A stretch of 57,731 bases of DNA from Lama guanicoe (lineage: Eukaryota). The notes under the pieces are model-generated. The model was not told the origin of the DNA and made no database searches. It saw only the letters and a program-made list of their open reading frames with translations. Positions within the stretch are counted from its first letter, which is position 1. Each line of letters opens with the position of its first letter. The DNA lies in NCBI GenBank assembly GCA_013239625.1, contig MU053379.1, positions 5,456,714-5,514,444 on the forward strand, read 5' to 3'. The position numbers and the translations under genes are program-made. Shown piece after piece: positions 24,814 through 38,200 of the stretch.

Positions 24814-27800
24814 TGGAAGAAAAATAATCTGGAGCTTCCATTACTACCCAGGAGAGAAGGGAAGGTTGGTACGTGGAGGCCAGGTCGGGAGCCGCCAGGA
24901 TAAGGCAGGTGTGCTGGGAGCCCACGACAGCATGGTAGGCATGGGGGGTTACTGGTGGACACAAATGTTTCCGGGTGATGTTCTGTCCCCAGATTCTCTG
25001 CCCCCTGAGCTTGCACATACTGTGGTGCTCCTGTGATCTCTCCCCTCTCATCTGCTTCCCTTCAGATCACTCTCTGTGAAGATTCAGGCTCATGAATGAA
25101 AATGTTTTAGAATGGAACTTACAGAGATGCTGAACTATCAGTTGGTGCAACTTACAGAGAAGCAGCAGGTGCAGAAGCAGGAGCCCAGGGGTGAGGAGAG
25201 AAATGGAGGGAATCCCAGGGCAGCTTCTGAACCTTCACAAGCCATACACCTGGCAACAGCAGGAGACAAGTCTGTCTGTATCTCGAGAGGCAGGGACTTC
25301 CGATTACAAACAGCTGTGTTGTCTGCCTCCTTCCTGCAAGACTAGGTTTCCTGGAATGACAGACCAAGTCCTCGCACCTCTGACACCGGACAGAATTTAC
25401 CCTCGGGGCGTGTTTGTAAATGTCCATCAGCTGAACAGCACATTCCAGCCCACCCGAAATTCCTGCAGGAGACACCAGCAGCCACAGGAGAGTGGACGGC
25501 AGGCCCGACCTGCAATGAAGCGCTTATTCAGGGAGAGCTGGAGACTATTGGTGACACTCGGGACCCCCAGTCTCTGACATCTCAGTGAGCGGTCTTCCTC
25601 CGTTGCAGACTGCAGGGAATGAATTAGCTACTGTCGTCCAATTTCTGTCAAATTACATTCATCTACAACTCTGCAGAGTAAACCGTGATCAAGGATTTCG
25701 TCCAATTCTTTCAATGTGTAATGATTCTTACACAGAACTGGGACCACAGCAGGTTGGTGAAATAAAATATTTTAAAAATGTCCCTTCTAGAGCAGTTGAG
25801 GAACATGAACCTAGTTTGAAAAGTACACATACTGTACGGAGGCCAGGTTTTATTAAAACAAAAGTAAACATTTAGGCCAATATTTTAGGTGAAGAAGGTA
25901 TATATTTTGCTTGGACTTCTTTAAGTATTTATTTTCATTCATTTAATCTGGCTTTTATTTTGAAAACCAAAAGTGCCAACACTCAGTGGTGTAGCCTGTA
26001 CTTAGTTGACTTAAAGTTGCACCTGCTTCCTTTGGTTTTGTGACTGTCTTCGACTGTTCCCCAAGACCTCCCACCAGCGACGTCTTAGGTAGTTTTTGAA
26101 CATGAAGTGTCTCAATTTCTTTTCTCCGTATCAAATGATAGTTCTCTGGTTTTACTAAATCAGACACAAGTTGATTGCATTTGTTGAATTTATTAGGTTA
26201 ATTTTCTGGAGGCAGAACGAGCCCTGCCTTTCCATCCACGTCTCGGCGACGCCAGTCCCCAGAGTCTGAGGGGCCGGCCCCTTGTAGCTGTGGGGTGTCC
26301 TGCCCTCCTGGCCCCATGGCTGCACTCGGGCTGTGCTGCAGGTCACATATGGAGGACGGGGTCAAGGTCTGAAGGGCAGGGCGCAGTTCTCCAAGGTGAG
26401 CCTGATCCTTGTTCCCTGCACTTGCTCCTCACTATTCATTCATCTAAACCCTCTTCGTCCCACGCTCATCACCCCATCACCCTGTGGTATCCATGTCCTG
26501 CCCTCTCACTGGTGTCCACTTCATCCAGGATAACAGACGCAGAAATCATGGCTAAGAGCACACCTGTGGTGACTGCTTTTCAAGTGGACTAGTAAGTGCA
26601 AGGAAATAATAAACATTTTATGCACCTAAGTTGTGGAGTGGTCTGCTCTACACCACTAAGTATACAAAACACCACTTCAGATACGTGAGCCACCACCGAT
26701 CAGCCAGGCTGCCAAAGAGCCACCTGTTGGCATCGGTGATCCCAGAGCACCACTAACCAGGTGCATGTCCTCAGGTGATGCCTCACCTCTGGGAGCCTCG
26801 TTCCCTACCCAGTAAGTGGCAATGCCATAACCACAGTGCCCCCCGCTGGAGCCCTTGTGAGAACCGGACGGCAGACGGATGTCACGTCCTCAGAGACAGG
26901 ACCTGTGTAACACTCAGTTGTTACTCATTATCTTCCTCATTGACTGAGAACATACGAATAAGGAAATTCCACGAATGACAGAGAATGTGTTCTGTGCCTT
27001 CACGTCAACGTGATTCATTCACCAAATATCAGAACTGGAGCTGATGTTTAAAAGCCCAGAACGGTGAGAAGTGAAAAGGGCAAAGAGCTGGGAAACTTGC
27101 CCGCGAGGAACCCAGAATCCACCTTAGCAACTTCAGGGTGGATGGCTTCAGGAACCGGTCACGCTGCCATCTCAGGGTCACAAGGACCGTGGGCCATCTT
27201 CTAACAAAGCAGGACACACCGGTGTGGTCCTGGCTTGGGAGAGAGGATGCACCACATCCCGGGTAACACAGGAGGGAGGAGATGCGAAGGGTCTCAGGAA
27301 ACCCCCGGGGTGATGCATCAGACGGTCTCCACCCCTCAGCCTGCAGGGAGGGCGGCTCCTGGGCCAGGCAGTCAGGCTGACCCTAGACCTTCCCTGGGCG
27401 GAGGGAGCCAGGGCAAACCATGGGGGGGAGGCCTCGGCTCCCCTCCTCTTTCCTCTGCCAGGGCCCCCGGGGGCTGCCCCCAGTCAGGGCCTGCAGGAGG
27501 CTGTTGTGGTCCACGCAGCTCACATCCTGGGGCAGGAGAGTGGGTGGGGTGTGGAAGGAGGGTCCCAGGGGCACATGAGAGATAACCAGTCGGTGATACG
27601 GGGCCAAGGTGCCAGGGGAAGTCTCACGGAGCCTCATGTTTAAATACTCACGTTTTCACAGCCTCAGCGCAACCTCACAGCAGCCTGCACCACAGGGATA
27701 CTGGCAGATTCTTCTCTGATCCATGAAGAGACTTTGTGATGGTGCAGGGACCCCAGGGGGCACGTCTCCATGGCCCCGTGTCCCTCAGCTCTGGGTCACA

Positions 27801-28739
27801 AGGACCAACTGTGGGCACTGCTTGGTCCCTCGGGAAGGACTGTGGTCAGTGTTGTGGGGACAGAGCAGCCACCAAAGCCACACCCGGCTGGCGAGGAGGA
27901 GACGTCCCTGCAGGTCTGACCCGGACACGCCTGGGGTCGGGCTGCCCCGACGGTCCCTGCACTCTTCTCCCCAGCTCTGCCTCCTCTCCTTTCCTCCTGG
28001 GGCAGCTGCCGGTGCCTCAGAGGCCTCTGTGAGGTTTTACCCTGACTTCCAGCTTGCTTACATGCCCCAGGTCCTGTGCCCAGCAGACTCTGCAGCCATG
28101 CGGGCGAGGGTCCGAGGACCATCATCCACGCTGGAGCCCTGGCTGGTCTCTAAGACTCGCCACCCACCTGCCACCCACCACTGCGTTGAGTGGAGGTGCT
28201 GAATGCAGGTGTGGCGCTGTCTGAACGCTGGGAGGCAAACGAGGTCCTGTTTCTGTAAATCCACCGGAGGGGCTGGCTGGCCTCCCAGACACACGCAAGG
28301 CAAGTGGACAAAAGACTATGCTGATCTGCAACATGGGTGCGAGAGAAGGTGGACCTGAGTCCTGCTTCTGTTTGGGCCGTAATTTACTCTAATTTCATGG
28401 CTGCCAGAAAATGGAACATTTCAACCAAACTGTAATGAAAGATAGGTCTTGCCTGGGTTTGGTCTCTTTCTAACTTGTCGAAATCCAAAAGCCAGGAAAC
28501 CATCCAAAGGGAAAGAGAAACACCTGTGTGACAGCTGGGCCCTGGAGGAGGTGGACCACAACGGCCTCCTGCAGGCCCAGACTGGGGTCAGGAACTGCTG
28601 AGACTCCAGGGTATCAGGAGGGCAGTGGCTGAGAGCAGGTATGTTTTTGAGAAAAGCAGGTCCGGGGAGCCCAGGGTGCTGGGGGAGACAAGTTGGGAGC
28701 TGGACCCTGAGCTGAGACAGGCCTCATTAGAAGCCACAC

Positions 28740-29223
28740 TTTTATTTATTTTTTTGAGGTTTTTTTCAAAAACTTACTTTATTGAGTTATAGTCAGTTTA
28801 CAATGTTGTGTCAATTTCCAGTGTAGAGCACAATTTTTCAGTTATACATGAACATACTTATATTCATCGTCACATTCTTTTTCACCGTGAGCTACCACAA
28901 GATCTTGTATACATTTCCCTGTGCTACACAGTACAACCTTGTTTATCTACCCTATATATGCCTGTCCATATCTACAAATTTCGAACTCCTAGTCTGTCCC
29001 TCCCCAGCCCCCTCCCCCCGGGAACCACAAGTTCGCATTTCATGTCTATGAGTCTGTTTCTGTTTTATATTTATGTTCATTTTCCTTTTTCTTTTTTCTT
29101 TAAGATTCCACATATGAGTGCTCTCATATGGTATTTTTCCTTCTCTTTCTGGCTTACTTCACTTAGAATGGCATTCTCCAGGGACATCCATGTTGCTGCA
29201 AATGGCGTTATGTTGTTTTTTAC
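28740..29223 (-). mobile_element. LINE-1 3' fragment with target-site duplication
   Basis: Reverse-oriented L1 3' end with a T-rich tail. Direct repeat AGAAGCCACAC at 28729-28739 and 29224-29234. Confidence 0.93.
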
Positions 29224-30048
29224 AGAAGCCACACCTTTAAGTTCCAAAGCCATGTTCCAAGCACTCTGGATGGATGCATGTTAAGATTTGAAGGTTTACA
29301 GATGAAAGGATGTAATTCTTTAATTGGCAGCAGACATATTACAGGCACACAGTGTCTATTATCTGTTGGCAGTAAAGTCACTTTGATTCCGGGCAGGAGA
29401 GACACACCTTGTTGATGGACTCAGCCTTCTATCTGCGTTGGCCTTTTAGGAACTGGAAAGAAACACGATCCAAACACCATAATTCTCAGACTAGAGCGGT
29501 TCTGTGGGCTGTGTTCTGGGGCACAGCTGTTGTTTAAACTGAGATGATGCTGTCTCTGATCTGAGGCAGCATGTTGCTGGCTTCCCTTAACAAACAGCAG
29601 AACTAATGGGGTCCTTAGAACAGATGCTCCAGTCCCCTCCAGCTACACTTTTTCTCAAATACTAGGACCTGGGAGAGAAGGGTGTTGGTCCAGACATCTG
29701 CGAAAGGACTGTGTGCAACCGAGCAGCACATGGAAGTGACCCAAACCCGAGGTAAGGTGCATTTTCCCAGAGCGTCCGGCTGCACAGGTGACACCCGCCC
29801 CCTGGGTCCCCGCACCACGTGGCCCCTGGGGGACTCTGTGCTGGGCTGAGGCTTACCCGCCTCAGTCTGGTTGTTCACGTGGACTTCAGTGCTGTCACCG
29901 CCCTCATCCCGCGGGCTGACTGCCCAGAAGTCAATTTCATCTCCTCAGTGAGGATACTTCCCTCTTAATAGCTGCCTGTTCAAACTTAAAGTGATTTATT
30001 CTGTAAAAAGTTACCTTACTTTGCCTCTTTTAGAAAAGGTCTATCTGA

Positions 30049-30212
30049 GGGGAGGGTGCAGCTCAGGGGTAGAGTGTGTGCTTAGCAGGCACGAGGTCCT
30101 GGGTTCAATCCCCGGTACCTTCATTAAGTAAATAAGTAATAAATACATCTAATTACCTCCTCCCCCCCAAACAAACAAAAAGCCCTAATAATAATAATAA
30201 TAAATGTAAGAT
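30049..30212 (+). mobile_element. tRNA-derived SINE (camelid type) with TSD
   Basis: GGGGAGGGTGCAGCTCAGGGGTAGAG (A box) and GGTTCAATCC (B box), with an A-rich tail. TSD AAGGTCTATCTGA at 30036-30048 and 30213-30225. Confidence 0.93.
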
Positions 30213-33200
30213 AAGGTCTATCTGAAGTCAAGCTCACAGGCTGCTGTTCCCTTATCCCAGGCAGTGAGGGTTCTTGCTCTCGGAGCCAGGGGGATTCTGG
30301 CCAACGTGTGTCAATGCATTCTTAACTAAAATGCTGGCTGCTGGACGGAAGAATTAAATAGGACCACACAGATGACAAGGCATCGCTGTGTGTCCTGCCG
30401 GGACCACTGCCCTGTGGGCCAGAGGGACGGGTCTGAGTGGATTTGCGGGCAGGTTACGGCCCCTGCCTCACAAGCTGCATCAGCGAGAAGATGCAGTCCC
30501 TCCCATTCACACCATGTCGGGCTGGCAGAGGGCACCGTGCAAGATTCTTCCTCTCCAGGTGTCCTCGCCTTGTCTGGGGCGACGGCAGGAAGCCAGCCGC
30601 AGGCATTTTGATTTTAGAGAAACAGTGCCTCCTGTGCTGGGTGTTTGTGATGGAAACTGGGGCACACCGCTCTCTGCTGGGTGCCATTCTGAAGGTCGGG
30701 CCGTGTGCCCCGCTCTGCTTTGTCTGGCAGAACAATGTAGTGGACAGTTGCGCTCTTTTCCTGAACTATTCATGTCCCAGTTCTTCGTTTTGAAAATGGA
30801 GATAATAACATTATAGTTCACTGACTCTAGCAGGTCACTCTGTAAAGCACCATTATTTCATCAGCCGTGAAGAAGACAAAAACAGCCCCGAGGAGCCACA
30901 AGATGCAAACAACTCAACTACGACGACAAGACAAACAGCTCTGACCTCATGTGTGTGCACAGGCAGCACTCGTGACAGCGGTTACACAGTGCCCTTTACT
31001 GCAAGACACGCTCTGATTACAGGGATGTGTGATCACAACAAAATACGTGCCTTAGAATCCAAGAACTATGGTAGGGTCCACCTCATAGGAGCAAGCGAGT
31101 TTCTAAGTGAAAAGCTCTTGGAAGTGCCTGGCACACGCTAAGTACTCAGGAAAGGCTGGTTGCTAATATTATTCTGTTTATTATTATCACTGGGAGAACG
31201 ACACGACTTTCATGAGGCTTCAATCTCAGTAGCTCTGTGAGGACAGTAAAGAGGAATTACTTTAACTTGTGACTTTAGAAGGAAAGGCAAGAGGCCGAGA
31301 AGAATGCAGGTGGCCTCACAGCACCAGCTTCCTGCTCCCGGGAGGCGGGGAGTTCCGCACAGGCGCACAAGGCGCTGGTCCCTCACCACAGTCGGTCTCG
31401 GGGTTAACTTTCAGGGTCTCCTTCTCAGGGTGAGAGAGACCTGACCCTTGACCCAGTCCCGGTGTCTGTGAAGAACTCCTTCTCAGTGCTGTCATTGCAG
31501 AAAGTCCGCGGGTCCGTGTTGGTTCCTTTGTCAGAACCAAATTCATGTAATCCTGTGGCGAGTTCTTAATCTCTGTCGGTGGTGATTCAAAATTGAAAAC
31601 TGAAGCAGAAGCATCTCCTACCTCGCCTCCCCAACTTCACGGCCGATGTCTCCACTGCCCTCTCTATGTAGGAGCACAAGCCGACATTCCCTGATCAGGC
31701 AACTGGGCCTCGGCAACTCTGTGATGGTAAAAATGACTTTAAAGATCCTTCTGGCTTTTAAAACAAGAACCAATTATCTTCAAATGTGAATGTCTCCGCC
31801 CCCTCACCTCTCTTCTCCTCCTCCTTCTTCAGAGAAGCTCTTCCAGCACTTGGAAACCCTTGTTTTCAATTTTCTCGTTAGAAAACACGTCTCCAATTCC
31901 AGCGATCAAGGCTAAAAGCTGTCACCTTGGGGGGAACCTCATTCCCGAGGGCAGAGGGCTTCTGGTCCGCATGTGGCTTATGTAACCCGTGATGGGACGC
32001 TTGTTTCTGCGTCCTGCTTCACCACATGCTGGTACCCAGACCCAGACTCACTGCTGGAACTCATGACCAGCTTTCCACTTGCACGCACACATTCTTTCGC
32101 CAGGAGACGCCTTTGATTGTGTTACCCTCTTGATGCTCAGGTGACTGGCAGCTTACTCCTTTTCCAGTAGATGTTAAATATGACACTCTTTCTTGGCTCC
32201 AAGAAACTAAAATTAAACAGGAAAGAATATTTCTATTGCTACATGTCCTCTGAACACACCAGCTGGTACAGCGTTTTGCGTCCTGGCCAGCACAGTGAGA
32301 TGGGCATAGTTTCAGACTTACCATTGTATTTGCTGCAGTTGTGTTTATAAAGTAATGCGTTCTAATCATCAAAGAATGCAGGCTCAGAGCAGAGTTCATG
32401 ACCTGCTGTAATCACACCTAAACAGACTCAGGAGATCTGCCCCAGGCAAAGGGAGAAACTGCGCAGAGGTGCTTAGAGCGGCTCTGCAGAAAGGATTTGA
32501 TGTGCTGAACACTTCTGACCGTGAAACCATCTGAAACTTCAGAGTCAAATGCTTTCACAACTGTTTCTCAGTAGTTTGCATAAGAGTAAACTAAACTTCC
32601 CAGAAGCACATTTGTTTCCTTTTGAGAGATTTGCTGTATGGTAGAATAAGTAGCCAGAAGAAAATTCAAAGAAAAACAAAGCCAGCGTATCTAGCTGGGG
32701 CACAAGCCTGCATGTGTGACTCCAATTGTTTTTAGCGTCTTCTTCCAGCTGAAATGATCAAAGTCCAAGGACACGGTGTGACTCAATTGTTGGGGAACCA
32801 CTTTCAATTGGCTTTAGCAAATATTTAATGAGGACCCACAAAGGAAACTCAGGAAAATTGTTAAACAGTTTTAAAAGCAGCAAGAAAACAGTAGTCAAAG
32901 AGATGGGGTTTTTGGAAGGCGTTCCACTTTGACCGTGATGCACAAAAAGGCTGGCGTTCAGGAAGAGAGGATGGGGAGCCAACCACTGCAGGAGGGAGGG
33001 TGGAGGTTGGAAGGAAGCACCCTCCTTGGCCAGGCTCCTGTCCCACAGCAGTGAAGGAACAGAAGGTCACCTGAGGAGGAGGCGCTGGAAAGCGGCAGCA
33101 GAGACCAGGGGAAAGGAGTTCACCATCCCAGAGGCCTGGGTGGGTGGGGGTTCCACGCTCCAGACACTGCTTTAGGACTCACTGTCCACACAGGGTCAGA

Positions 33201-34756
33201 AGCACCTCCCAGACATGTTGTGTCCCCTCACAACTGTCTGCTTGGCCTGTAATGTTGGAATTCCACCTTTCCACAAGCCCTGTACCACTGTGACTACTTG
33301 GCAGGAAAGAGACCTCCAGGAGGAAGCTTTTAAAGGAATGAAAGGGACTGAAGGATTTTTGAGAAGGTAGCGTGGGGGGAGTTGGCACCAAATCAATGAC
33401 AATAAACAAGCCAGTGAAGGCTTCATAATAATAATAACAAATAACTTTATAATAATGCTGTGATATTTGTCAAGATGCTGCCACGTGTCTGGCACACTTA
33501 AACTCTTTCCCCTGTGTTCATCGACTCAAAGCTCATAATAACCCCAGAGTGACTTAATGCTCATAAAACAGTCCCATTTTACCCACAAGGAGACTGAGGC
33601 ACAGGAAGGGGAAGCGACTTGCCAAGGGGACCCCAGACCCATTCTCTTGCTCCAGAATCTGCCTCGTCAGCCGCTGAGCACTTCCGTCATCTGTCCCACG
33701 AGCGATATGCCTACATACATAAAATGCATCAGCATCCTTTTAATTCTAAAGTGATGCTGTGTGACTACGTTTATTTCTCAGGGAATTTATGTTGGTGTCT
33801 GTTTCCCGGTTGCTCTCCTTGCCCGTTGAGTTGGGCACCGATATGACGGCATCGAACCTTTAGAACAGATGCTACTGTCCAGTTTGGCTGCTGCTGCTTC
33901 ACATCCGGGTCCCCATGACTTAGAATCACGTCACACTTCTGGCTAGTGATGCCCGCACTTGCCTTGAATATCAAGTGTGCTTCTTGGTTTTTTGAGGTGT
34001 CTGTGTGTGCAGGGTCATAAGGGCAGTGGAGTGGGTCTGTTGCAGCATTGTGGGTCACCGGTTGGCCAGGAAGAGGTGACAGGAAGTTCCTGTCACTCTG
34101 TCACATTCAAACCATGCAATGACAACTCCACAGAACAGGGGCAGTATTTTCTGGGTTCCAGGATTGATTCTGGTCCCACCGCATGCACTCACCTATGGAA
34201 GCATCACTACTGACGGTCTTGGGAAGTGCTGTAGAGATGTGCCTAATTTTTCAAGTGAGAATTACAAGGGGGCAGATACCGGGGAAACAGGGGTTGAGAA
34301 ACAACATGAGGGGTAGGAGGGTGGACAGACAGCCGGAGAGGCCACACCCTGTTAACTCGTCAACTCACAGGAAGCATCCTTGAGGCAGAATCGGACACAC
34401 GGCTGTACTTTCATTTCAGTGAAAGTGAAGGTGACACCCTGTGGCTCCATCTCTTTTGGTTTCTGGTTCAATGGAAATTTCATGTCCAAGGGGACACTTA
34501 CTGTCCTCTGTCAAATATGAAAGACTTAGTTTTCCAATTCAGGGCATATGTACAGAGAAAGAAGAAAATTTAAATGAATTAAAGAAAATGATAAAAGAAT
34601 GAGAAAATAGGAAACTTTAAAATTAAGTGGTACCATTTCCCTAGGATTCTGCCCCCCTTTCCTTGCTCCTGTCACCCAAATATGATGACGTGAGGGGAGG
34701 CAGTTGGCTTGGTGAGATGGTGATGTGTGACTCTCATTGATCTTCAGAGAGGTACC

Positions 34757-35218
34757 CTCTCAGCCATAAAAAAAAGAAGAAAATAATGTCATTTGCAGCA
34801 ACATGCATGGAACTGGAGATCATCATTCTGAGTGAAGTCAGCCAGAAAGAGAAAGAAAAATGCCATATGATGGCACTCATATGCGGAACCTAAGAAAACC
34901 CCAGAAAAACAGAACACTAATGAACTCATCAACAAAATAGAAACAGACTCGCAGACATAGTAAACAATCTTACGGTTACAGGGGAAAGGGGATGGGAAGG
35001 GGTAAATTTGGGAGTTTGAGATTTGCAAATGTTAGCCACTATATATAAAAACAGATTAAAAACAAAAGTTTCTTCTCTATAGCACAGGGAACTATTCAAT
35101 ATCTTGTAATAACCTTTAATGAAAACGGGTATATGTCTGTATATGCATGCCTGGGACATTGTGCTGTACACCAGAAATGGACACATTGGAACTGACTGTA
35201 CTTCAGTGAAAAATTAAA
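34757..35218 (+). mobile_element. LINE-1 3' fragment
   Basis: Same ORF2-end and 3' UTR motifs as the other copies (catttgcagcaacatg, tatagcacagggaactattcaatatcttgtaataacc). Confidence 0.92.
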
Positions 35219-38200
35219 ATGGTACCGTGTATGTGTGTGTATTTGCGTATGTGTCTAAATATAGACTTTTTTTTCTTAAGAATGAGAGGCTCATATACAC
35301 GTTGGTGTACCCTGGACAGCTACTAAACCTGGTAGATTATGCCGCAAAAGATATTCGGCCCAAGACCAAATGCATACAGTATTCTATGAAGTACACCAGG
35401 AGTTCAAAATAAGAACACTTTTAAAAGCTCTGAAACGTAATTAAAACAACCCAGAAGATGAATTAACTTCTAACTCACGAAGGCAAATGGATAAGCGCCA
35501 ACCTCTTTAATTCTCACCGCTTAGCACCAGGAGGATTTCTGGATGGTGTTTATGGGTGAGTCACGCGATTCATTAGAAACACTGCTGCTCAAAGTACCAA
35601 AGACCCAACTGGAGCCACAGAGTGAAACAGAAAGTCTGCATTGTTCAGTAAGCAAAGATAATTTCCACCCGTATGTCTGCTCCCCACCCTGCGATGTGAA
35701 GCTGCCGGCACAGCTGAGGCCCTCAGGGCCCTCCTTCCGGATCACATTCGCTGGCCCGTGAAAAACTGTGGAGGTTCCACAAGAAATGAAAAATAGAACC
35801 ACTATACAATCCAGCAACCCCGGCCCTGAAAGTTCCCCGAAAGAAATAGAATCACCGTCTCACAGAGACTGTTTTAGGTCCTTTCTAGCTTTCTGAAACA
35901 ACACTGCAATGAACATGCTTATCCACACACCCCTGCCCACACGCCCCTCCTCCAGGGAGCCCTCCTGGGAGCAGGGCTCGCTCGCTCGTTTGTTCCGTGC
36001 GTGCCCCTGAGCACCTGTTACATGCCAGGCATCACTCTCAGGGGACACAACTGCAAGAATCAGATGGACGTCCCTGTGCTCGAGGGGCTTCCTTGTAACT
36101 GAGGGAGACAATGAAACAAATGCAACAAGTAAAATGGAGAGCGAGTCAGAGCATGGAGGAGACGGGGTGGGCTCCTGGTCTTTCTCCGGGTAGTTACTGA
36201 AGGCCGACTCTGCAGGGGACGTTCGGGAGAGAGGTGGAGGGTCCAGCCCTGCTTGTGTCTGGGGGAACAGTGGCCAGTGCAGGGGCTGCACCGAGGCTGA
36301 AGTGGACGAGGCAGGGCTGAGGAGCAGGGGTGGTGTCAGTAGGAAGGGGTCTTATCACCGTTTATAAGGACTGAGGTTCTGCTGAGTGAGACCACGAGGG
36401 ACCGGGCAGCTCTGTGCTGTGGGGTGAACATGACTTCAGTAAAAAGAGTCGTTCCAGGTACCGGGCAGACTGTGACAGGCAGAGGTGGACACAGGCGACA
36501 GCGAGGAAGAGGGTGCAGGCACGCCAGAGGAGATGGTGGCGGCTTGGAGCAGAGCATCCCCAGTGGAGGTGGTTGGACTTGGTGTGGAAGGCAGTGCCCG
36601 CCGGCTTCACTGGGCAGACTGGGTGACAAGAGTGTGGGGAAGGTTCTGTCCTTGGACAGGGGGAAGGAGGGGGACCATCACGTGTTGGCGAGGGGAGAGT
36701 TAGGGAGAGAGGACAGGAGAGGCAGGACTTCAGCTGTGGACGCATCACATTGGTTACACCGGCTAGGTGTCCACACAGAGACGCCAGGAGACAGCTGGGG
36801 ATTCCACCAAGTCAGGGGACGCACAGCCTTCACTCACTGTGGTCACAGCACTGTCCCCGGGTTGCTGGCTCCCGGCCACACTGCGTGGTGCAGCCACATC
36901 ACTTGTGTTCATCCCAGGGTGCAGCCTGGTGTCTCCCTGCAGACAATGGTCTTCCACAGAAGCAGGACCCCTGGGCCAGGCCTACTTGCCACATTGTCCT
37001 GAACCAAAGCTTCCAATAAATGGGATGCATCGCACTCTGATCCGCTTTGTGAGGAGAGCGAGCCGGCGGCTCCTCTCAAGGAGACGGACGTGTCCACAGA
37101 TGGTGCTGCGTGGGCTTGGTGTGGTCGGTCCTCTTGCTTTGGCTTTTGATGACGATCAGAGTCTCGTTACTGTAAACTAATTGGAGGCATTGCAGGTGCT
37201 GGGGTTTGATTATAAAAAGACAGAATTTAAGTACTTTTAATTACAGATATTAATTGAAACTTTGGGCTAACAGTCATGACCCATAGGTCTCTTACGATTA
37301 CGACCACGTATGAGTAAAGGTACTAGAAGATTAAATCTGCCTGGACTATTGCTGGATTCCACTTTCACTGCAGTAAGTGGGTGTTTAAAAGTTTTTTTTT
37401 CCCTCTGGAGAATGCACACTATTGCCCCGCAATGTACTTTGAATGTGAGGATGGTTTGGACTGCTGCTCACAAACTGGGAATAATTGGCTTTGTTTGTGG
37501 TTATTTGACAAAGAATCTCCGCCTCCCCCATCTTTAAAGATTTCCTGATCTATGCTGGCTGACTTAATTGGCAGCATTAACTTACTGAAAAAAAAAAAAA
37601 AACCAACGCCAAAAAACCCAGGAACGGCAATGTTTTTTAATGTGGAAAAACATTGCGGAAATTGTCAGGACACCATTTCCTTTAAGGATACTTGGAGTAT
37701 GAATTCCAAAGCCGAGGACTCTCGAGGCGCTGGTTCCCCTTGTCTGGAACTGTGAGAAACCCCCCCACAACAAGCAAACAGCAGGGAGAGAGGCCAGACT
37801 GTCCCACGAGCCCTCGTGGTGTGTGCCCGGAACCAGGGATCTGAGCTCTGCTCCCGTCTCTACGACCAATGAATTACTTTTCTGTTACAATGAAATGATT
37901 TCCTAGTTCTCTTAGTTTCCTTATATTCAAATGGTTTAAAAATCTATGGTTGCCATAATTGGAGACTCAAAGCAGGAAGTGAACCTTTAAGGCCTCATCT
38001 TGGTAATACTAGAGACACTTCTGAACTAAAATTCCGCACGAATTTTTTGCTAACTCATGAAAATGGAGAGTCGAGGGAAGAGGGAAGGTGAGCAGGGGAG
38101 GGAACATGTCTTTATACTGTTGTCAAGTAGAGTAGGGGAAGCAAGGAACATCAGATTTGATTTGATTAATAATTCAAATTATTAACAAAAACATGCATGT

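Noticed and set aside
30049..30120. tRNA gene
   Set aside because: tRNA-like A/B boxes, but followed by a SINE body, A-tail and TSD, with a second family member at 48455-48588.
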